64,000 bases of DNA from a virus. The stretch is from the IMG/VR virus record IMGVR_UViG_3300020411_003715, positions 116,107-180,106 of that record, one strand, 5' to 3'. Numbering within the stretch: position 1 is the first letter of the stretch; each line of letters begins with the position of its first letter. Made by a program: the position numbers and the translations under genes. Below the pieces are notes generated by a model. That model saw only the letters and a program-made list of their open reading frames with translations, did not search any database and had not been told where the DNA came from. Shown here piece by piece: positions 45,076-53,115 of this stretch.

Positions 45076-45623
45076 GAACCCCTCCTCTTAAACCCACCGG
45101 GGCGAATAGACCTCTCGGCCCCCTTGTGTCGGAAAAACTCACCATCCGGTTCGGAATCATTCTGGGTTCTGAACCAGAGTTCCCGCCCGATCCTATCCAT
45201 ACACTTGCTTATCTTTTTTTTGCGGTCCTCCTGCACGGAGAGCCTTCCTTTGAAATAAATATAGTCCCGTTTAGCTCCAATCACGCCGGGATCTGTATCA
45301 ACGGACGCCTTTCGCATATCCGCGTTTGTTAACCTTTGGTCCGACGCTGCTCTCTGAGAAGCCTCCGCGGTCTTAAGGTCCAACCGTGCCTTGCTGATAG
45401 TAGCGTCGCACGAGTCCTGGGCCACTTGGTCGGTCAGGTACGCGTAGTAAGACAAAAACTCGTCGTAGAGGGTTTTCAAGAAGTCGCTCGATTTTGAGCT
45501 TAGGTCTTTTGGGATCTTTGGCTCTTCGCCCGGTCCACCATCAGCGTCCGGCGAGAACCCGGTCCTCTTTAGATCTTTTTGTAAAGTTTCACGTAGCTCT
45601 AGGAAGATATCCTTCTTTTCCAT
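45072..45623 (-). CDS. Coiled-coil protein, possible UvsY-like recombination mediator
   Basis: All-helical; NADMRKASVDTDPGVIGAKRDYIY resembles the UvsY C-terminal half; lies in the recombination cluster. Confidence 0.45.
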   Translation of the reverse strand: MEKKDIFLELRETLQKDLKRTGFSPDADGGPGEEPKIPKDLSSKSSDFLKTLYDEFLSYYAYLTDQVAQDSCDATISKARLDLKTAEASQRAASDQRLTNADMRKASVDTDPGVIGAKRDYIYFKGRLSVQEDRKKKISKCMDRIGRELWFRTQNDSEPDGEFFRHKGAERSIRPGGFKRRGS

Positions 45624-45634
45624 ACGTCCTCCCC

Positions 45635-46357
45635 CTACGCCTCATCAAAATTTGGTTCACACGCGTGGAGGAACTTACAGCTTCGACAAACCCACTTGCT
45701 GATCTGTCGTGGCGGCTCCGACCCTTCTTTTACGTGGTCTTCAACAAATTTCATTATCTCGCAAACCTTCTCCCAGACACTCGTCTGAAAGTGGACCTTC
45801 ATGTTTCGCATTGCACCGGTTGCCCTGTTCACATACAGAAGCTGACACCTGGGGATGTCTAACGCGTACATGTAGCAGTGGACTTGGTACACGTGCTCTA
45901 TCTTGGGCTTGGTCAGGTTCCTGTAGACGCTTTCGCCCACGGTCTTGATCTCAAGAACCCACTCTTCATCTCTGAATACGCCGTCGCAGTGTCCAAACAT
46001 GTTAAGCTCTTCGCTGGCTACAGGTACCTCTGCCTTAAAGCTGTCAAACTCTTTTTCCAGCTTTGTCTGCAACATGTCATGGAGCGCGTGTCCCATGTCA
46101 AAGAGCATCCTAAGGTCTGGAGGTATTCTGCTTTCCGGATCTTCCCCTATGCGGTCGTACCATATTGCGCGCTTGCAGGCGTTTGGGTGCAGGGAAGAGG
46201 GGTGATAGACCCCTGTCTTTCTCGACCAAGACTCCTTGTTGGACTCTTCGTCGATACGCTCCAGTTCGTTTTTAACATCAAAGTTTATATCTGGCTCGGG
46301 GTTGTCCTCCCGGAGGCAGCGTTCTGGGATCTTAAACCCCTTCTTCTTGTTCGTCAT
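45635..46357 (-). CDS. Cas4-like PD-(D/E)XK exonuclease with Fe-S cluster ligands
   Basis: HPSSLHPNACKR, GHALH, GHCDG, LEIKT, QVHCY and CRSCKFLHAC (1+3 Cys). Confidence 0.88.
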   Translation of the reverse strand: MTNKKKGFKIPERCLREDNPEPDINFDVKNELERIDEESNKESWSRKTGVYHPSSLHPNACKRAIWYDRIGEDPESRIPPDLRMLFDMGHALHDMLQTKLEKEFDSFKAEVPVASEELNMFGHCDGVFRDEEWVLEIKTVGESVYRNLTKPKIEHVYQVHCYMYALDIPRCQLLYVNRATGAMRNMKVHFQTSVWEKVCEIMKFVEDHVKEGSEPPRQISKWVCRSCKFLHACEPNFDEA

Positions 46358-46359
46358 AA

Positions 46360-47127
46360 TTAGAGATCTCTCTTCGCGAACCAGAGGAACTTTTCGTAGT
46401 CCATTATCAGATACTCAGTTCCTCCCACATCGAGTCGGAGGCAGTTCCCTGATAGTACGTAGCTCGCGTGGTTGCTGGTTAGGGTGAATGATTTTTTAGG
46501 CTTTCTTCCGGCAGGGCTTTTTATTTCCCCGAAGTGCTCTAGCTCTTCGTCGCCTAGCTCTTGTGAGGGCAGGATGACTATCTCACCATGCTTCCCAAGC
46601 TCTACAATATATGCGGGGACTTTGCCCTGGCTATACGCCTGCACCCGAAGATGCTCAAGGTCCTGAACGGAGAGAGCGTACTTTCCCCCAGAGGTAGTTT
46701 TCGCCTCCACCAGAATCGAGGGAGTTTTAACGTCCCGACGGTAGCCCCAGACGGCCCCGGAGGCCGGCTGACGCTTGCCCCCGAGATCTTTAGCTATACG
46801 CTTCTCTTGTTTATCGCTCATAGCTTTTTTGTCTGTAAGCACGGCTAGCGCCTCCTTTATTACAATGTCATATGTGTTATCGTAGTATATTTCCTCGGCA
46901 GCCTTTTCCCAGTCCACCCGACCAAGAATCATTCTAGCTAATTCGAGCCTTTTCTCGCTTACATACGTGAGGACCGAAAGACCACTACCTACGTGAGTAA
47001 CGTTGTATAGAGGCTCGTTCTTTGCTGTGTCCGGAGGCTTATGGAAGTAAAGTCCCGGAAGGAAAGGGAGAGCATCTATAAATAAGGTAGAGGGCTTAGG
47101 CCCCACTTGTATGCAAACTCGTGCCAT
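46360..47127 (-). CDS. PD-(D/E)XK nuclease, putative Holliday junction resolvase, with extra N-terminal domain
   Basis: QEKRIAKDLGGKRQPASGA...DVK...LVEAKTT; the first ~95 aa appear to be a separate small domain. Confidence 0.7.
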   Translation of the reverse strand: MARVCIQVGPKPSTLFIDALPFLPGLYFHKPPDTAKNEPLYNVTHVGSGLSVLTYVSEKRLELARMILGRVDWEKAAEEIYYDNTYDIVIKEALAVLTDKKAMSDKQEKRIAKDLGGKRQPASGAVWGYRRDVKTPSILVEAKTTSGGKYALSVQDLEHLRVQAYSQGKVPAYIVELGKHGEIVILPSQELGDEELEHFGEIKSPAGRKPKKSFTLTSNHASYVLSGNCLRLDVGGTEYLIMDYEKFLWFAKRDL

Positions 47128-47129
47128 TT

Positions 47130-48173
47130 TTAGATCCTTGCCAGCACCGCTTCTCGAACTTCTTCGAGGAGTTTTGGTGATTTTGTGAGCATGTCGATGA
47201 CCCCGTCCAAACCGCCCTCAATGCGGTCTTCATAGTCAAGAATGTAGTAAAATCTACCCTTGTTGAACACGACCTTCTGCGCTTTTGCCGTGTTAACAAG
47301 ATCCGCGATCATGTCCACGCCCTCATTGAACTTGAAGACGTACTCACCCTCAGCACCCTCGCTGATCCCATGCTTGCCTTTTGACACCTTCCACTTAACC
47401 TCTTTTCCAACCTTGGTCCCGCCTTGTTTCACAAAGGCCCCCGGTCGCAGGTGGATGTCTACGGCTTTAGCATGCTTTAGCGCGTAGCCCCCCGGCTGCG
47501 TGTAGGGAACATACTTAGCGGAGTGCGCGTTCATGTTCGCACGGACGGGGTTAATCATTATAACGCACGTCTTATTCGGGGAGCCATCCTCCCCGGGCGC
47601 TCTCATGGCACTGTAGAACTTTCGACAAAAGTTACTGAGGAGGCTGGCCCACGTGGCTATCTTGGCGTCTTCACCTAGACCCTTTACCACGTTGTCCTTA
47701 GTCTCCCCTGAACCAAGCTCATTTATTATTAGTAGTTGGAACTCCTGCGATTTAACCAAATCGAGCATTACGTCCAGAAGAACCTCTGCTGGGCGCTCGG
47801 ACGCGGCCTCCTTTAGGTCCACAAAGAGAAGGTTACCGGCCCCGTTAAGGTCTACCCCAGCAAGTTCCATAAACTCAGGGTCGGGCTTGTACCCAAAGCT
47901 CATCCAGGCAACGTTCGCCTCTTTTCCGTACTCGCGCTGGACCTCTGCAATCACCCTGTTTGATAGGTAGTCTTTGCCAACACCGTCTGGCCCAAAAAGC
48001 TGGATCATGGACCCTGCGGGAAAGCCCCCTTTGAGGGCGATATCAAGAGATAATATCCCTGTAGGAAGCCGGGTCTCAAACGGAGTTGCAACGTCAGCCA
48101 TTGGCTGGATTGTTGCAGCGTTCCCCAGCCTTTTTTGGACATTCTTAATTAGTTGACTGAGGTCTTTTGCCAT
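47130..48173 (-). CDS. recA: RecA/UvsX-family recombinase with divergent active site
   Basis: PTGILSLDIALKGGFPAG, GPDGVGKD, PGGYALKH, GKEVKWKVSKGK and KGRFYY align along the whole RecA core. Confidence 0.88.
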   Translation of the reverse strand: MAKDLSQLIKNVQKRLGNAATIQPMADVATPFETRLPTGILSLDIALKGGFPAGSMIQLFGPDGVGKDYLSNRVIAEVQREYGKEANVAWMSFGYKPDPEFMELAGVDLNGAGNLLFVDLKEAASERPAEVLLDVMLDLVKSQEFQLLIINELGSGETKDNVVKGLGEDAKIATWASLLSNFCRKFYSAMRAPGEDGSPNKTCVIMINPVRANMNAHSAKYVPYTQPGGYALKHAKAVDIHLRPGAFVKQGGTKVGKEVKWKVSKGKHGISEGAEGEYVFKFNEGVDMIADLVNTAKAQKVVFNKGRFYYILDYEDRIEGGLDGVIDMLTKSPKLLEEVREAVLARI

Positions 48174-48415
48174 TACTCCCCCTCAACTTCTTTCTTAAGC
48201 TGTGCAAACTCGTCAGCAAGCTCATCAGATATCTCCGTGTGCGTTTCGTAGACAGAGATCATGTCTTCGAGGAGCTTGAGTTTGAATTCTCGAATCATAC
48301 CGTTAGCTGTGCCGGAAGCTACCTTCTCAAGGGCCTCTTCTTCTGTCTCACACAGCTTCATTTTCATAAGGGTGGCAACCACACTTGAGGAGTCGCCGTA
48401 TTTCTCCATGGACAT
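48173..48415 (-). CDS. Hypothetical protein (80 aa)
   Basis: TAATG coupling at both ends; helical acidic sequence. Confidence 0.65.
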   Translation of the reverse strand: MSMEKYGDSSSVVATLMKMKLCETEEEALEKVASGTANGMIREFKLKLLEDMISVYETHTEISDELADEFAQLKKEVEGE

Positions 48416-48690
48416 TATTGCCCTCCTTTGTTTTCAATTGACATTCGATTGTGGAAATCCTCCCGTTCTTTGACGAGAGCGCTTGCATGGTCCTTACCAA
48501 GGATCCCTAAGTTCAGAAGCAACGCCGCGCCGCAGGAAAGCTCTATCACCGCAGTGTCGTGACCCTCCGTTAGGAACATGCCCTTCATAACGTCCCCCTC
48601 CTCCACCATGGTGTTTACGGCACCAACGATTTCTCTGAGGGCTTCACGCTTTAGGGAAAAAATAGTAACTGTGTCGACTGGTTCATTCAC
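48415..48690 (-). CDS. Hypothetical protein (91 aa)
   Basis: GGAGG SD before the GTG start; coupled to the next gene. Confidence 0.65.
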   Translation of the reverse strand: MNEPVDTVTIFSLKREALREIVGAVNTMVEEGDVMKGMFLTEGHDTAVIELSCGAALLLNLGILGKDHASALVKEREDFHNRMSIENKGGQ

Positions 48691-48705
48691 GTTGAGTCCT
48701 CCCCG

Positions 48706-48774
48706 CTATCTAAAGTCTCTGAGGTAGACAATAAAACCTGCCCCGACAATAAAACCTAAAGTAAAAGTCATCAT
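48706..48774 (-). CDS. Hydrophobic micropeptide MMTFTLGFIVGAGFIVYLRDFR (22 aa)
   Basis: Translated by hand; ATGA overlap with the upstream stop, GGAGG SD, fills the gap exactly. Confidence 0.55.
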   Translation of the reverse strand: MMTFTLGFIVGAGFIVYLRDFR

Positions 48775-49181
48775 TCCTCCAGAACCTCCTGTAGCGTGTG
48801 TTTGTGTAGAAATATTGGTGTAAGCTCCCCAACCCAAGCCCCTATGACGTTGTACTCGAAAAACTCCATAGCCCCTTCTCGGGACATGTTACTTCTCATC
48901 AAAACCTCTATGCACTTGTCATAATCATAGGTCGCCACAGGTCTATCGATCCCGAACCTTCTGGAGAGTCCGATAAAGGCGTCCTCAAACCCGTCTGCAA
49001 ACAAGAGGTCTTCGTCATGCTCGCCCTTTTCGTACGGGGTCGAGTAAAGACTCCCGTCGGTTGACAAAGACTTATCACTTTCTGCAGCCGCCAGCGCCTC
49101 AGCCTCGGAGTCGTAGGGGCCAACCTCTTCCTCGTCTTGGGTGGCAGGCGATGCTTTTGAGTAATACCAGTTTCTCTCCAT
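48771..49181 (-). CDS. Conserved-type phage hypothetical protein
   Basis: ADGFEDAFIG...VATYDYDKCIEVL...FFEYNVIGAWVGELTPIF, a pattern I recognise from uncultured aquatic phages; function unknown. Confidence 0.75.
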   Translation of the reverse strand: MERNWYYSKASPATQDEEEVGPYDSEAEALAAAESDKSLSTDGSLYSTPYEKGEHDEDLLFADGFEDAFIGLSRRFGIDRPVATYDYDKCIEVLMRSNMSREGAMEFFEYNVIGAWVGELTPIFLHKHTLQEVLEE

Positions 49182-49217
49182 GAGTAAGTTCCTTATATTA
49201 GAGTTCCCATAAGGGCA

Positions 49218-49514
49218 TTAGTTTTGTGACTCTTTTAGCCAATCAAGGGCAAAATTGCTTCTGAGCTTAGCCTCAGTTGTCACAAGAGACAATGTGTCGT
49301 GATCAAGCTCTATGGCTCGCCCGTCCTCTGGATCATACACGCTGGCGATCTCCAGGCGACCATCACGAGCAAGCATCATCACCCGGACGGGGTGTTCGAT
49401 CCAAAACCCATCCATTGAATAAAAGTTCTTCATGGGAGAAACTTCGAAATCGAACGTCTTCGAAGTAAGACATAATTTACCAAAAGGCGTGTCGAGACCG
49501 TTGTCCATTATCAC
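49218..49514 (-). CDS. Hypothetical protein (98 aa)
   Basis: GGAGGAG SD; in operon. Confidence 0.6.
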   Translation of the reverse strand: MIMDNGLDTPFGKLCLTSKTFDFEVSPMKNFYSMDGFWIEHPVRVMMLARDGRLEIASVYDPEDGRAIELDHDTLSLVTTEAKLRSNFALDWLKESQN

Positions 49515-49795
49515 TACTCCTCCTGCTGCCGTAGCTGCTCTCTAAGCTCTCGGACGCTCCGCGTTCTTCCCCGTAGCTTTTTATTTAGTTGTCTAATCTC
49601 CTGGATACGCTTGGTACCAAGAAGTCTATAAGCCCTGCGGGTTACCGCAGCGTCAGAGCGCTTCAGCTTTCTGGCTATTCGGGTGACGTGGTGTGTCGGC
49701 CAAAGCCTCCGCACCACTTCATCCTCATGCCTGCTCCAGGCTCTTTTTATCACGGGGTAATACCGTAGGTACTCAGGTCTTCGCCCGTCTGACAC
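49514..49795 (-). CDS. Myb/SANT-like HTH protein (likely start GTG 49753)
   Basis: WSRHEDEVVRRLW...IARKLKRSDAAVTRRAYRL fits W-x-x-x-E-D...IA-x-x-L-x-R-S. Confidence 0.65.
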   Translation of the reverse strand: MSDGRRPEYLRYYPVIKRAWSRHEDEVVRRLWPTHHVTRIARKLKRSDAAVTRRAYRLLGTKRIQEIRQLNKKLRGRTRSVRELREQLRQQEE

Positions 49796-49947
49796 TCAAT
49801 GTGAAAGATCTCACCTGTCTCCAATTGAGTAACTACGGCGACGGTCTCTTCAGACCGCAACCGTTCAAGCATATCTCGAAGAGCCTCCTTTGGGCTTTCC
49901 GCTTCTAATTCGTCGGTTATTTCCACTGAGTAAGATTTGCCCATCAT
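49750..49947 (-). CDS. Small acidic hypothetical protein (65 aa)
   Basis: Starts in the repeated junction TGGAGTGTAAATGATG. Confidence 0.65.
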   Translation of the reverse strand: MMGKSYSVEITDELEAESPKEALRDMLERLRSEETVAVVTQLETGEIFHIECQTGEDLSTYGITP

Positions 49948-50204
49948 TTACACTCCACGGTTCCGTCCTCGTCTATGTCGATACCTTCGACATTGGCTTT
50001 CTGGACAAACCAGCCTTGTAGGTTTTCGTTTATATGCTTCACTAGGTCTTCCGACGAGATCGCGCAGTCTGTGTCGAGGTGCCAAGCCGGGTAGTTATCC
50101 GGCGTGTACGAAACCTCCTTGATGGCCGTATCACCGTCCATCACCCACAGAACCGCAGATGCCCCGTCAGTAAGGGCGACATTGCCCCGCTCGTTATCTG
50201 CCAT
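49944..50204 (-). CDS. Small acidic hypothetical protein (86 aa, ends ECK)
   Basis: GAGGAG SD; ends in the junction repeat. Confidence 0.65.
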   Translation of the reverse strand: MADNERGNVALTDGASAVLWVMDGDTAIKEVSYTPDNYPAWHLDTDCAISSEDLVKHINENLQGWFVQKANVEGIDIDEDGTVECK

Positions 50205-50207
50205 CAG

Positions 50208-50354
50208 TTACTCCTCGGCATACCGACTTAACGCCTCGTGCGCGATCCGCCGCATATTGTCGAAATCCGCCAGGATGTCGGATGTCGGCGTATCGTCGTC
50301 ATAGGCGTGCTGGCATATTAGCTCCAGCGCCAGCAGCAATTCTTTTTCCATCAT
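50208..50354 (-). CDS. Small hypothetical protein (48 aa, MMEKELLLALELICQHAY...)
   Basis: Translated by hand (below the track cutoff); starts in a junction repeat and fills the gap. Confidence 0.65.
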   Translation of the reverse strand: MMEKELLLALELICQHAYDDDTPTSDILADFDNMRRIAHEALSRYAEE

Positions 50355-50590
50355 TTACCCTCCAACCAGCCCTTGAGGCCCTCTCTCACGTCAATTTCTG
50401 AAGGAACTCCCTCACCGTCGTCGTGCCAAGGCTCGCCCTCATTAAGGCAGTTTCCTCTATTGTCGTACAAATCGTAGAAGCGGTCCTTGTCTGCTTCGGG
50501 CTCCTTGCCCTGCCAGCAGAGGACCACATCCACTTGTTTATTGTTTATTACGTAGGACGCTACGGTTTCGCTGTGAAGCTTGCTCATCAC
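50351..50590 (-). CDS. Small hypothetical protein (79 aa)
   Basis: Starts and ends in junction repeats; FYDLYDNRGNCLNEGEPW. Confidence 0.7.
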   Translation of the reverse strand: MMSKLHSETVASYVINNKQVDVVLCWQGKEPEADKDRFYDLYDNRGNCLNEGEPWHDDGEGVPSEIDVREGLKGWLEGK

Positions 50591-50940
50591 TTACACTCCT
50601 CTAGGCTTTTGAGGAGAGCAAGGTGGTACTGCTCCGCCTGTCCTTTTGAGCCATCCTGAGGAAAGCTTCTTGAGTTACGTGCCTCCTCTAGGAGCCTCTC
50701 GAAAAGGCTAATAGCCTTTCGGCGCATACTTTCTTTTGTCTCGCCCCAATGGGCGAATTCTGATTCATCGTCCACTATTAGCTCTACGGTTAGCGCGGAG
50801 TCATTAACGTATTCCACACCGTCTAAGAAACCGGTGGCCGCTTGTTCTGATGTAGGCCCATAGATAATGGACCCATTATTTTCAGGATTATCTGTGTCGC
50901 TTTTTATGGCGACCTTGTATTTACTATCAGTTTCCATCAC
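50587..50940 (-). CDS. Small hypothetical protein (117 aa, ends ECK)
   Basis: Starts and ends in junction repeats. Confidence 0.7.
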   Translation of the reverse strand: MMETDSKYKVAIKSDTDNPENNGSIIYGPTSEQAATGFLDGVEYVNDSALTVELIVDDESEFAHWGETKESMRRKAISLFERLLEEARNSRSFPQDGSKGQAEQYHLALLKSLEECK

Positions 50941-51117
50941 TTACACTCCATCCAGTTGTTCTTCATCTCTGGCCCTCCGCTCCAGGTACTCCTGTAAGTG
51001 GGATTCGTAGCCAGCGCCGGGGACTGGTTGAACGCCCTCTATGTAGTCGCACAGAATGGAAATAATTGATTGGTCATTCCACCCCATTAGTCGCTGATAT
51101 TCTCGTATTAGTTCCAT
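50941..51117 (-). CDS. Small hypothetical protein (58 aa, MELIREYQRLMGWNDQ...LDGV)
   Basis: Translated by hand; TGATG overlap with the polymerase stop; flanked by 28-bp direct repeats. Confidence 0.65.
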   Translation of the reverse strand: MELIREYQRLMGWNDQSIISILCDYIEGVQPVPGAGYESHLQEYLERRARDEEQLDGV

Positions 51118-53006
51118 CACTTACACTCCAGCCAGTTGTCCCCGTACTTGCTTGACGTTTCCAAAGGAACTGCCAAGTCAAAGTCAAAGGGATGCATCAT
51201 TAGGTCTCTGATGCGGTCGTTAAATTCTTTGTCATCTACGTACTCATCAGGAACTTCAAACACGATCTCATCGTGTACCTGAATCACCATTCGCGTGCCT
51301 GATGCCGTGATCAGGGGGTCTTCCCAGATACGAACCATGGCCATCTTTGTAATATCTGCCGCAGAGCCCTGGATTGGAGAGTTTTTTACTTTCCTCTCGG
51401 CCTGGGCTTGGTCTGACCCAACTCGGGAACTCAGCCCCGGCACAAGCCTTCTTCGGCCGAGAATTGTTGAACAGTGTCCCGAGCGCCTTGCGGATGAGAT
51501 TGCTGACTTAAAGTACTTTGTAACTTTAGGGAACGCCGCGAAGTATTGCCGAATCAGCATTCTTGCTTCGTCCGTAGAGCACCCCAATGTTGCGCCGAGA
51601 GCCCCGGCCCCCTGCCCGTACATGAGACCAAAGTTAATAGCCTTCGCGCCTTTTCTGTGGGAGAGTAGCCTGCGGTCGTATTCACTCAGGTCTTCGTCGT
51701 TATCATCACGTTCCCTGGCCAACATAATATGCTCATACGGTACTTTGAACATTTTAGCAGCCGTAGATGAGTGGACGTCCATGCCGCCAATAATAGCCTC
51801 GGACAAGGTTTCATCTTCAGAGAAGTGGGCAAGGATTCTCATCTCAAGCTGCGCGTAATCTGACGCGAGAAGTCGATGGCCCGGACTGGGCAGATAGGCA
51901 GACCGTATGTATGGGGGCTGGTTCTGAAGGTTTGGCGCGGATGAGCTGAGTCGTCCCGTCCGAGCCCCAGTCTGATTGAAAGACGCGTGGATGCGTCCAC
52001 CCCGGTGAATCTTTTCAAGAAGATTAGATATGTAGGTGCCGAGCTTTTTATCCAGGTCCCGGTAGTGCAGTAGCCTCTCGGCGTATTCACAGCCAGCGCT
52101 TTTCCATTTGCCCAGAACTTCTTTGTTAAGCTGAGGTTTCCCTTTTTCCGTGTAGGATATTGGGGACCGGCCCAGATCGTTGAAAAAGAAATTACCCATT
52201 TGATCGTTACTGTTTAGGTTCACATAAAGCTTGCCAGTCGCCCGCCCAAACCACTTCTGTATGTCTAGAAGCTCTTCCTCGATCAGAGGGGCTTGAGAGA
52301 GAAGTGCGTCTTTGTCGATAAGAACGCCTGTGCGCTCCATTTCCCAAAGAACTCTCGTAAAAGGAACCTCAGTTTCTAGGTAATAGTCCCAGAGTGTTGG
52401 GTATGTGTCCGCGTCAATATTAATCCCTAATAACTCCTCCCTAAGCTCAAAGAAAAGCTTGTAGGTAGCGTATGCATCTAGAGAGGCGTAGTTAGTTACT
52501 ATTTGCTCATTTTCGTCATCGAGGAGAACTTCGTGAAGCTTCCTTTTTCGCAACATTTTTCCGAAAACAGCCTTAAACGGGACCATCTCGATGCCCAAGT
52601 ATCTTTCCGATAAATATTTCAAATCGTGCGGAAGGGTGTCATCCGCCAGAGCGTGCATGACCATGGTGTCGAACACGCGGTAATGGTTTCGATTGGCGTG
52701 CCGGTTCACATCTATGCCGGAGTTAAGGAGCATCCAGCAGTCAAAGTTTGCGTTGTGCATTACTAGTTTTATTTCTGGATGCTCAAGCATTTCCTTGAAG
52801 TAGGGGATGACCTCTGGCCATACGGCCCAACGTTCTTCCCCATCACTCAGGGCTAAAATTATTGCGCGATCCTTTTGCCGGGAGAGACCTGTGGTCTCCG
52901 TGTCCACGGCGACTATTTTCTTAGATTGGAGCCGTTCTGCCGCAGCAATAGCCTCTTCCGGCTCTCGGACGCAGATCGGCTCTGGGAGTATTGAGAACAT
53001 CCCCAT
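51117..53006 (-). CDS. polA: Family A DNA polymerase (3'-5' exonuclease plus polymerase, no 5' nuclease)
   Basis: VDTETTG, HNANFD, YASLDAYAT, TGRLSSSAPNLQN, DYAQLEMR, KAINFGLMYG (Phe at the E. coli 762-equivalent position), IQGSAAD and QVHDE. Confidence 0.97.
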   Translation of the reverse strand: MGMFSILPEPICVREPEEAIAAAERLQSKKIVAVDTETTGLSRQKDRAIILALSDGEERWAVWPEVIPYFKEMLEHPEIKLVMHNANFDCWMLLNSGIDVNRHANRNHYRVFDTMVMHALADDTLPHDLKYLSERYLGIEMVPFKAVFGKMLRKRKLHEVLLDDENEQIVTNYASLDAYATYKLFFELREELLGINIDADTYPTLWDYYLETEVPFTRVLWEMERTGVLIDKDALLSQAPLIEEELLDIQKWFGRATGKLYVNLNSNDQMGNFFFNDLGRSPISYTEKGKPQLNKEVLGKWKSAGCEYAERLLHYRDLDKKLGTYISNLLEKIHRGGRIHASFNQTGARTGRLSSSAPNLQNQPPYIRSAYLPSPGHRLLASDYAQLEMRILAHFSEDETLSEAIIGGMDVHSSTAAKMFKVPYEHIMLARERDDNDEDLSEYDRRLLSHRKGAKAINFGLMYGQGAGALGATLGCSTDEARMLIRQYFAAFPKVTKYFKSAISSARRSGHCSTILGRRRLVPGLSSRVGSDQAQAERKVKNSPIQGSAADITKMAMVRIWEDPLITASGTRMVIQVHDEIVFEVPDEYVDDKEFNDRIRDLMMHPFDFDLAVPLETSSKYGDNWLECK

Positions 53007-53030
53007 AAGTACTTACCTCCAAAGTAAATG

Positions 53031-53105
53031 TGTTGGGCCCGCGACTGTCCGTCACGAAGACGGAGCAATCTCTCAGAGCCCCGCCATACAGGCGCGAGCC
53101 CAACA
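53031..53105 (-). other. Intergenic structured element (13-bp closing stem with internal hairpins)
   Basis: TGTTGGGCTCGCG pairs with CGCGGGCCCAACA (one G-U); internal TCCGTC/GACGGA and GCC/GGC hairpins. Confidence 0.6.
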
Positions 53106-53115
53106 GTGTTAGAGA

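Larger units (their letters stand above)
49942..51139 (-). repeat. Five copies of a 16-bp gene-junction repeat WGGAGKGTAARTGATG, two extended to 28 bp
   Basis: Copies at 49942-49957, 50349-50364, 50585-50600, 50935-50950 and 51115-51130; 50932-50959 and 51112-51139 are 27/28 identical. Confidence 0.9.

Noticed and set aside
45635-46357. CRISPR-Cas locus suggested by the Cas4-like gene
   Set aside because: No cas1/cas2 and no repeat-spacer array were seen; solo Cas4-like nucleases are common in phage replication modules.
49942-51139. Junction repeats as a CRISPR array
   Set aside because: The intervening sequences are 164-391 bp of variable length and are complete coding genes, not spacers.
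53031-53105. Possible tRNA (75 nt, cloverleaf-like)
   Set aside because: The closing stem is 13 bp, and there is no T-loop GTTC, D-loop GG pattern, 7-nt anticodon loop or 3' CCA; kept only as a structured element.
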